DNA of 12,749 nucleotides from Candidatus Bipolaricaulia bacterium (GTDB taxonomy: Bacteria > Bipolaricaulota > Bipolaricaulia > RBG-16-55-9), in contig JBDGQO010000044.1 in the NCBI GenBank assembly GCA_042219045.1, positions 1-12,749 on the forward strand, given 5' to 3'. Within the stretch, counting starts at the first letter, position 1, and each line of letters begins with the position of its first letter. Both the position numbers and the translations under genes were made by a program. Positions 1-7,096 of the stretch are shown here, in pieces. The notes beneath the pieces are model-generated. The model had not been told where the DNA came from and ran no database searches. It saw only the letters and a list, made by a program, of their open reading frames with translations.

Positions 1-200
1 TGCTCTGCGGCCCGGATCGTCGGGTTTTTGCGAAGGGCCTGGCGCACCGCCTGCTTGACCGTCACCGTGTCGGCCGTCTCGGCCGGACGGCCCCGCGGCT
101 CGGCCCCCTGCGCCGCCGCAGGGGTCGCAGTCACTGCCCCCCAGAGCCCAAGCCCAAGCGCCAGAACGAGGAGTGGATCGGAACTGCGAGCGAGAACCAT
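1..200 (-). CDS. TolC-family outer membrane efflux protein, 5' part only (runs off left edge; not in ORF track)
   Basis: Manual translation from ATG at 200 is open to base 1: MVLARSSDPLLVLALGLGLWGAVTATPAAAQGAEPRGRPAETADTVTVKQAVRQALRKNPTIRAAE. Sec signal peptide ending PAAA|Q, then the typical OEP N-terminal 'lTl.eAv..Al..NP.i.aa' pattern, matching SLTYAEAVRTGVRSNPRLEAA in the 7097..9514 protein. Starts 10 nt after the TetR-B stop. Confidence 0.8.
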   Translation of the reverse strand, partial: MVLARSSDPLLVLALGLGLWGAVTATPAAAQGAEPRGRPAETADTVTVKQAVRQALRKNPTIRAAE

Positions 201-210
201 GTCGGAGTGA

Positions 211-942
211 TTAAAGGACGGGTTGGACACAGCGAGTTCCAATGAGGCAGCGACGGGCCGTAGTCCCCCAAATCAGGCGGAGGAGTGCATCCAGGGTGCG
301 CGTCATGCCGCAGTGCATCGTGCTGTTTGAGGAGTTGGGGGTGGGACGTGCCGAGTGGCCGAGTCCGCCCCGGTAGAGCACGTCCACGACCTCGTCGGTC
401 GCCTTCGGGAAATCGGCGGACGCCGGGTCGAGCGCCCACTGGAGGAGCAGTCCTTCGATGGCCCCAACCAGAATGGCGGGCGTGAGGGCGGGCAGATCCT
501 CTCGGACCTCGCCTCGCCTCTGCGCCTCCTTCAGGAGCCCGCGGACGAGGGCTCGGTGCTCGGCGTAGAGCGTGTCGAACTCGATGCCGAAGCGCTCCGG
601 ATCCTGCATCCCCGCCACCCAGATGTCGAGCATTACACGAGCAAGATCGTTGTTGTCGCGAAAAATATCAGCAAAGGCCCGATGAAGGACCCGGACTTTG
701 TCGAGCGGCGGCCGGTTGCTCTCCATGATCTCAGTCCGTCGGGTCCGCAGTTCGTTCATAAGGCCATGGAAAACCGATCCGAGCAGCTCCTCCTTGCGGT
801 CGAAGTAGAGGTAGACGGTCCCCTTTGCGACCCCGGCCTCGTCGGCCACGTCCTCAACGACGGCGTTGTCGTAGCCCTTGCGGGCGAACACGCGGAGGGC
901 AGCGTCTCGGACCTGAGCGCGAGGGTCGGGGGAATCAGGCAT
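211..942 (-). CDS. TetR/AcrR-family transcriptional regulator (TetR-B), with ~47-aa C-terminal extension
   Basis: N-terminal HTH 'AALRVFARKGYDNAVVEDVADEAGVAKGTVYLYFDRKEELL'. Aligns without gaps to the 196-aa TetR at 9636..10226 (134/196 identical by hand count). Confidence 0.93.
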   Translation of the reverse strand: MPDSPDPRAQVRDAALRVFARKGYDNAVVEDVADEAGVAKGTVYLYFDRKEELLGSVFHGLMNELRTRRTEIMESNRPPLDKVRVLHRAFADIFRDNNDLARVMLDIWVAGMQDPERFGIEFDTLYAEHRALVRGLLKEAQRRGEVREDLPALTPAILVGAIEGLLLQWALDPASADFPKATDEVVDVLYRGGLGHSARPTPNSSNSTMHCGMTRTLDALLRLIWGTTARRCLIGTRCVQPVL

Positions 943-1009
943 GGTCGAGGGCTATGGTTGCGGAACTGCGGGCTTGTTGAGGAAGAACGGCGGGTTCACC
1001 GAAAGGTCC

Positions 1010-2701
1010 TCACTGCGGAATCCGGGCGAGAGATTCGTGCACCAGCTTCACCGCCATCGAGCCCTCTCCCACCGCCGACGCCACCCGCTTCACTGATCCA
1101 CTCCGCACATCCCCCGCCGCAAACACGCCCGGCTGGTTCGTCTCCAAAAACGCCGGGGCATGATCGTCCCGTCCGGCCCCAGTCGGCAGGGCCGTCCCCG
1201 TGAGCACGAAGCCATTTTCGTCCAGCGCCACCGGTGCCGGCGAGTCGTCTGCATCCCGGAGCCACCCGGTGCACGGCGTGGCCCCGATGAAGCTGAACAG
1301 GGCGGGCGTGTCGATCTGTGTGCGGGTCCCGTCCCGGTTGTTTTCGGTCGTGACGGCCGTCAGGTGATCGTCCCCGTGGAGCTCCACGGCTTCGGTGTGG
1401 AGGTGCACCGTCACGTCCTCGGCCTTCCGGACCCGGTCGACGAGGTAGCGTGACATGCTCTTCGTGAGGTCGCCGCCCCGCAGCAGCATGTGAACCGTCT
1501 CGGCCTCGTCGGAGAGGAAGAGGGCCGCCTGCCCGGCGGAGTTGCCCCCGCCCACCACCACGGCGTTCTTTCCCTCGCAGATTTGCGCCTGCATGCCGCG
1601 GGCCGCGTAGTAGATCCCCGAGCCCTCGAACTCCTCGAGTCGGTCGAGCGGCAGTCGCCGGTACTCCGCCCCCGTCGCGAGGAGGACGGAGCGCCCGCGA
1701 AGCCGGCCGGACTTGGCGGTCTCGTCGTCTCCAGCGAGCTCGACGACGTAGTGGCCGTCGGCCCGGTGGAGGGCGTCAGCCCGCTCGGGCACGGCGATCC
1801 GCGCGCCGAACTTGCGCGCCTGCAGCCGGGCTCGTCGCGCCAGCTCCTGGCCCGAGAGGCCGGTGGGAAAGCCGAGGTAGTTTTCGATCTTGGAGGTCGT
1901 CCCGGCGCGCCCGCCGACGGCCTCCGCCTCCAGGCAGATTGTCGAGAGGCCCTCAGAGGCGCCGTAGACGCTCGCCGCGAGGCCGGCGGGCCCGCCGCCC
2001 ACGACGATCAAGTCGACCGTCTCACCGGGAAGGGAGGGTGGGGCAATGCCCACGGCCCGGGCCAGCTCGGCATTGGAGGGCTGGCGGAGCACCTCCTCGC
2101 CCCGCACGATCACGATGGGCGTCTCCGCCGGCGGGACGTCGAACCGCGAAAGGACCCGCTCGGCCCCCTCGTCCCGGTCGGGATCGAGCCAGGTGTAGGG
2201 AATGTCGTTGCGACTCGCAAAACCCTTGATGCGGTGGGTGGCCTCCGAGAAGCGGGAGCCGACGATCTGGATGCCCGCGTGCTCCTCCGTCAGGGACAGG
2301 GCGTGCCGCGCCAGGAACGTGCGGAGGATCAGGTTGCCGAGGTCGGCGGTCTCGGCCACGACCCGACGAAGACAGTCCGGCGTAAGCCGAAGCACGCGCC
2401 CCGGCTCGCGCACGACCACCGTCCCCCCGGCGGGGCGCTCGTCGAGCGTGTCTAGCAGGCCGAACTGCCCGCGCCCGCCCCGCCTGGACTCCGTTTTCTC
2501 CCCGGCCCGTCGCCGAAACACCTCCACCTCTCCCTCCAGCAGCAGAAAGAAGTCGGCCCCTCGCTCGCCTTCCTCAATGAGGACGTCCCCGGTCGACACC
2601 GATTCCTCGGTGCCGTAGGGGCGGAGTTGTTCGATTTGTTCGTCGGTGAGCGTGGGCGTGACGTCTGCGGATGGACTCTCGCTAGGGACGACGTCTGGCA
2701 T
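1010..2701 (-). CDS. Cyclic-nucleotide-binding (CAP-like) domain + thioredoxin-fold-like linker + thioredoxin reductase-like FAD/NAD(P)H oxidoreductase
   Basis: N-terminal cNMP fold ('GDVLIEEGERGADFFLLLEGEVEV'); middle 'IVGSRFSEATHRIKGFASRNDIPYTWLDPD...TPIVIV'; TrxB motifs 'IVVGGGPAG', 'KIENYLGFPTGLSG', 'LLATGAEYRRL', 'VVGGGNSAGQAA', 'ETNQPGVFAAGDVRSG...VASAVGEG'. The CxxC position reads YYAARGMQAQIC. Confidence 0.9.
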   Translation of the reverse strand: MPDVVPSESPSADVTPTLTDEQIEQLRPYGTEESVSTGDVLIEEGERGADFFLLLEGEVEVFRRRAGEKTESRRGGRGQFGLLDTLDERPAGGTVVVREPGRVLRLTPDCLRRVVAETADLGNLILRTFLARHALSLTEEHAGIQIVGSRFSEATHRIKGFASRNDIPYTWLDPDRDEGAERVLSRFDVPPAETPIVIVRGEEVLRQPSNAELARAVGIAPPSLPGETVDLIVVGGGPAGLAASVYGASEGLSTICLEAEAVGGRAGTTSKIENYLGFPTGLSGQELARRARLQARKFGARIAVPERADALHRADGHYVVELAGDDETAKSGRLRGRSVLLATGAEYRRLPLDRLEEFEGSGIYYAARGMQAQICEGKNAVVVGGGNSAGQAALFLSDEAETVHMLLRGGDLTKSMSRYLVDRVRKAEDVTVHLHTEAVELHGDDHLTAVTTENNRDGTRTQIDTPALFSFIGATPCTGWLRDADDSPAPVALDENGFVLTGTALPTGAGRDDHAPAFLETNQPGVFAAGDVRSGSVKRVASAVGEGSMAVKLVHESLARIPQ

Positions 2702-2867
2702 AGGGTGTGGACTGAAGTTTGATTCGCAGGAGTCGATTCGTGGCCAGCGGAGAGGAGGGGACCGCGCTTCCGAAGTGCGCCGTCGTTCCGGGCCGACACT
2801 TCGGACTCAACCCCCGATCCCGTCCGCTCGCTGGCTGCGGTCGGTCGTTCCGCAACGGCGCTCCGCG

Positions 2868-5800
2868 TCACGGGGACGGCTGAGCGCGGGGTGCTCGGAA
2901 CAGGATCGCGTAGAAGACCGGCACCACCACCATCGTCAGGACCGTGGCGAACAGGAGGCCGAAGGTGATGGTGATGGCCATTGCGGAGAAGAGGGCATTG
3001 GTGAAGAGGGGAATCATGCCCAGAGCCGTCGTAAAGGACGCCATCATGACCGGGCGCAGGCGGCGAACGCTCGCGTTGATGAGCGCCCGGTACAGGGAGT
3101 GATCGTCTTTCAGAACTTCGATCTCGTCGATCAACACCACCGAGTTCTTGATAAGCATGCCCGAAAGGCTCAGGAAGCCCAGCAGCGACATGAATCCGAA
3201 CGCGGCATTCATCGAGAGGAGGCCGATGACCACGCCGATGAGGGCCAGCGGCACCGTAAGCCAGATGATGATGGGCTGACGGAGGGCGTTGAAGAGCGCA
3301 ACTGTGATGATAAACATCATCACCAGGAAGAGCGGAAGGCCCGACAGCAGGGACGAGCGGGCCTCTTTCGAATTCTCGTACTGCCCGCCCCATTCGATTT
3401 CGTACCCGCGCGGCAGAGACATCGCCTCCACTGCCGGACGAACGTCCTGAAGCAGTGAGCTCGCCGTGCCGGTAGTGGGGTCTGTGTAGACGCTGAGGGT
3501 CCGTTTCCGGTTGTAGCGCCGGATGATGTTGTTCTGGAAGTCGACGGTGAAGTCGGACACCACCTGCCGGATGGGCATGTGCGTCTTGGCGGTCGGGCTC
3601 CACACCTGCACGTTCTTGAGATTGCTGGCCTCGCGGCGATCCGCCTCCGGCGCGCGCATCTGGATGGGAATGAGCTCATCGTTCTTGCGGTAGATGCCCA
3701 CGCGGCGGCCGTCGAACGTGCGGCGGATGGCCTGCGCGATCGCGGGCCGGGTGATGCCGCCGGCGCTGGCGGCGTCCTCCGCCACGTGCGGCCGCACCAC
3801 CTTTACCCGATTGGACCAGTCGGTCCAGACGGCCTTTGCCCGGTCGTGGCGGCGGAAGATGGTCTGCACGCGACGGCCCAGGGCCCGCAGGGTGTCGGGG
3901 TTGGGGCCGCTGATGCGCGCCCGGATTCGCTTCTTGCCCCCCACGTTGCCGTACACGAACGGGAACGCGTACACCGTGGCCGCCGGGATCATCGAGGAGA
4001 GGCGCGCGTCGATCGAGTGCTTGAGGCTGTCGATGGCGCGCCAGTCGTTGACGTCGACGATGAGCTGGGCGTACGCCGGGTTGGGCTTCGCGGGGGTGTA
4101 GGTGAGCTTGAACCGCGGGGCCCCTCGCCCGATGACGGAGCTCACGTGGGTGACCTCCTCCTGGCGCAGCACGTACGACTCTGCCTTTTTGACGACCTCC
4201 TTCGTCTCCTCAATCTGAGTGCCCTGCGGCATCCGCACGTCCACCATGAACTGCGGGCGGGTGGAGCCGGGGAAGAAGCGTTCCTTCATGTATCCACTAC
4301 CCCAGAGGGCGAGGAGCAGGAGGACAACGGTGAGCCCGGCGCTGCTCCACCGGTAGTGGACGGCGCCCTGCAGCAGGCGACGGTACGCCTGGTAGAAGGG
4401 GCCGCTGTGCGCCCCGGCGTCCTCCTCGGACGCGGGCTCTTTCAGGAAGTCGACGCCCAGGAGGGGCGTGAGGGTGATGCCCAGTATCCAGCTGAGCGTG
4501 AGCGAGTACAGGATGACGTAGAAGATGGACCCGAGAAACTCCCCGGTCGTGTCGGCGGAGGTGCCGATGGCGGCAAAGCCCAGGATGGCCACGACCGTGG
4601 CGCCGAGGAGTGGCAGGGCGGTCTGCTGGACGATGCTCGACGCCGCCCGCACGCGATCCATGCCCTCCTCCATACGGGTCAGCATTCCGTCGAGGACCAC
4701 CACGCCGTTGTCCACCAGCATGCCCAGGGCAATGATGAGGGCCCCCAGCGAGACGCGGTGGAGGACGATGTCGGTCACGTACATCATGATAAAGGTCCCG
4801 AGGATCGTCACGGTAAGCACCGTGCCGATGAGGAGCCCACTCTGCCAGCCCATAGTAAGCAACAGCAGAAGCACGACGATGGCGACGGCCGTCACCAGGT
4901 TCCAGACAAAGCTCCTGACGGACTCGGTGACGTTCTTGGGCTGGTAGTTGACGTAGTTGTATTCGATCCCGACGGGCCGGCTGGACTTCATCTCCTTCAG
5001 ACGGTCCTTGACGGCCTGGCCCATGGTGACCACGTTTCCGTCGTCGGTCACGGAGATGGCCAGCCCCACGGCCGGCTGAGTATCGTAGCGAAAGAGCGCC
5101 TGGGGCGGATCGGCGTAGCCTTTCCGGATTGTGGCGACGTCTTCGAGGGTAATCTGTTGACCGTTGCGGCTGGTAATCATGATGCTGCGGAGGTCCTCCA
5201 GCGAGCGCGAGCTTCCCGTGGGCCGGACCGCCACGCGCTCCCCGTCCGTCCGGAGATGGCCCGCGTTTACCACCAGGTTCTGGGCGCGGAGCTTGCCCGC
5301 GATCCTGTCTGTGGTGATGCCGAGGTTGGCCAGCCGATCCCGGTTCGGCTCCACGTAAATGACCTCGTCTCGGTTGGCAAAGAGCTTCACCGACGCCACG
5401 TCGTCGACCTGCTCGATCTCCCGCTTGAGCGTCTCGGCGTGAGTTTCCAGCTCCGATTTTGTGTATCCCTCTCCCGAGATAGCCATGAAGATGCCGTACA
5501 CGTCCCCAAAATCGTCCTGGACGAAGGACGGGCCCGCCCCTGGGGGGAGTTGCAGCTGAGCGTCCCGGACCTTCTCTCGCAGGTCGTCGAAGGCCTGGTC
5601 AACCTGCTTTCCCGTCGTGGTGCTTTTGAGCTCGATCTCGAGGATCGACTGGCCCGGCGTGGACCGCGACTGGATGGTTTTGATGCTGCCGAGCTCCTGC
5701 GCGGCCTCTTCGAGGGGATCCGACACTTCCTGCTCTACCTCCTGGGCCGACGCGCCGGGATACGGGGTGGCGACGAGGGCCCGCTTAATCGTGAAGGCCG

Positions 5801-5912
5801 GCATGGACAGGCGGTCCATGTTCAGGAAGGCGAGGAGTCCACCAATCACGATGACGGCCGTGATGGTGTAGGTCACGGTTCGGTTCTCGATGGCAAGCTT
5901 GGCGACATTCAT
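2868..5912 (-). CDS. RND efflux transporter permease subunit (AcrB/AcrD/AcrF family)
   Basis: 1014 aa; 'TPYPGASAQEVEQEVSDPLEE', TM4 'LGALIIALGMLVDNGVVV', TM10 'LSLSGMLIKNSVVLID', 'RLRPVMMASFTTALGMIPL'; two large periplasmic loops between hydrophobic blocks. Confidence 0.96.
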   Translation of the reverse strand: MNVAKLAIENRTVTYTITAVIVIGGLLAFLNMDRLSMPAFTIKRALVATPYPGASAQEVEQEVSDPLEEAAQELGSIKTIQSRSTPGQSILEIELKSTTTGKQVDQAFDDLREKVRDAQLQLPPGAGPSFVQDDFGDVYGIFMAISGEGYTKSELETHAETLKREIEQVDDVASVKLFANRDEVIYVEPNRDRLANLGITTDRIAGKLRAQNLVVNAGHLRTDGERVAVRPTGSSRSLEDLRSIMITSRNGQQITLEDVATIRKGYADPPQALFRYDTQPAVGLAISVTDDGNVVTMGQAVKDRLKEMKSSRPVGIEYNYVNYQPKNVTESVRSFVWNLVTAVAIVVLLLLLTMGWQSGLLIGTVLTVTILGTFIMMYVTDIVLHRVSLGALIIALGMLVDNGVVVLDGMLTRMEEGMDRVRAASSIVQQTALPLLGATVVAILGFAAIGTSADTTGEFLGSIFYVILYSLTLSWILGITLTPLLGVDFLKEPASEEDAGAHSGPFYQAYRRLLQGAVHYRWSSAGLTVVLLLLALWGSGYMKERFFPGSTRPQFMVDVRMPQGTQIEETKEVVKKAESYVLRQEEVTHVSSVIGRGAPRFKLTYTPAKPNPAYAQLIVDVNDWRAIDSLKHSIDARLSSMIPAATVYAFPFVYGNVGGKKRIRARISGPNPDTLRALGRRVQTIFRRHDRAKAVWTDWSNRVKVVRPHVAEDAASAGGITRPAIAQAIRRTFDGRRVGIYRKNDELIPIQMRAPEADRREASNLKNVQVWSPTAKTHMPIRQVVSDFTVDFQNNIIRRYNRKRTLSVYTDPTTGTASSLLQDVRPAVEAMSLPRGYEIEWGGQYENSKEARSSLLSGLPLFLVMMFIITVALFNALRQPIIIWLTVPLALIGVVIGLLSMNAAFGFMSLLGFLSLSGMLIKNSVVLIDEIEVLKDDHSLYRALINASVRRLRPVMMASFTTALGMIPLFTNALFSAMAITITFGLLFATVLTMVVVPVFYAILFRAPRAQPSP

Positions 5913-5960
5913 GGGGCTGGGACGTGGCTGTGAACGGTTGTGAATGGCGCAGCGGAGGGA

Positions 5961-7055
5961 TCATTGCGAGAGCGCCCGCACCTCCTGGCCCTCCGTGAGC
6001 TGGTGGACGCCCGTCGTGGCGATGCGGTCGCCTGCCTGGAGCCCCCGCTGCACGGTGATCATGGTGTCGCGCAGCGTCCCCGTCTCGATGGGGCGCGCCG
6101 ACACTGTCATGGTGGCGGGGTCGACGACCCAGACGGCGGCGGTATCCTGCCGCCCGGACACCACGGCGTGCGAGGGGACGGCCAGCGGGACCGAGCGGGT
6201 CGTATCCCCCTCCGAGACCGGCCTGACGATTGCGCGGGCCGTCATGCCCGGAAGGACCTCCACCGTGGAGGGCGGGTCAAAGGTGAGGGTGGCCTCGAAC
6301 GTGCGGGTCACCGGGGTCGCCGAGGTCGTGATTGCCTTCAGGTCGGCCGGAAACCGGCGGCCCGGAAGCCTGGCGAGGGAGACGAAGAGCGGCGCCGACC
6401 GAAGGCGGGCCCGGAGCTGATCCTCCTCCGGAATGTCGACCACCACCTCCATCCGCGAACGGTTCTGCACGGAGACGACCGGCTGCTGCGGGGCCACGGT
6501 CTCGTTCTGCTCGACGTGCTTGCGGGCCACCTCTCCGGAGAACGGCGCCACGATTCGGGTGTCGCGGAGGGCCTCCTGCGCCCGTTCCAGCTTCGACGTC
6601 GCCACCTCGAACGCCCGGCGGCGGGCTTCCAGTTGCTGGAGGGGAACGATGTCCTGCGCGTAGAGCTGCTTGGCCCGCTCGTAGGCCGACTCGGCGGCGT
6701 CGCGGCTGGCCCGGGCCGCCTCCAGGCGGGCCCGAGCGTCCTGGGGATCCAGGCGGGCGAGAAGTTCGCCCTTCTCCACCGATTCTCCTTCCTTGACCGG
6801 AACGTCCACCAGCGACCCCGGACGTTCGAACGTGAGGGTGGCGCTCTCGGCGGCGTCAACGGTTCCGGGGTACTCGCGGACCGGAGAGGCGCCGGTGGGC
6901 TGGACGGTGTGCAGCTTCACCGGGCGAACGGTTGGCTCCACCTTGGGATTGGTCTTCGCCTCACCGGTGCACCCCGTCAGCAGGAGCGCTCCGCCCAGAA
7001 CGAGGAGCGGAACGGCGGAATAGATCAGTCGATGGGAAAACGCAGAAGCAGGCAT
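5961..7055 (-). CDS. RND efflux periplasmic adaptor (membrane fusion protein), lipoprotein
   Basis: Lipobox LLTG-C29; lipoyl/barrel motifs 'PGSLVDVPVKEGESVEKGELLARLD' and 'IVAPFSGEV'; coiled hairpin; 'LPGMTARA'; C-terminal 'GLQAGDRIATTG'. Lies between the OMF and RND genes. Confidence 0.95.
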   Translation of the reverse strand: MPASAFSHRLIYSAVPLLVLGGALLLTGCTGEAKTNPKVEPTVRPVKLHTVQPTGASPVREYPGTVDAAESATLTFERPGSLVDVPVKEGESVEKGELLARLDPQDARARLEAARASRDAAESAYERAKQLYAQDIVPLQQLEARRRAFEVATSKLERAQEALRDTRIVAPFSGEVARKHVEQNETVAPQQPVVSVQNRSRMEVVVDIPEEDQLRARLRSAPLFVSLARLPGRRFPADLKAITTSATPVTRTFEATLTFDPPSTVEVLPGMTARAIVRPVSEGDTTRSVPLAVPSHAVVSGRQDTAAVWVVDPATMTVSARPIETGTLRDTMITVQRGLQAGDRIATTGVHQLTEGQEVRALSQ

Positions 7056-7096
7056 GGGGATAGCGGATTTTGGTGCGGAAGAGAGCGAGGCGTCGG

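Noticed and set aside
1010..2701. Assigning gene symbol trxB
   Set aside because: No CxxC active site and extra N-terminal domains; not the housekeeping enzyme.
2452..3603. 383-aa minus-strand ORF bridging the RND and trxB-like genes
   Set aside because: Alternate frame overlapping two real genes; low-complexity R/P/H/G composition.
3579..5933. 784-aa plus-strand ORF and the other long plus-strand ORFs (355..1203, 1490..2455, 5940..7310, 7910..9547, 9348..10253)
   Set aside because: Antisense shadows of well-supported minus-strand genes; high GC depletes stops; no recognisable motifs.
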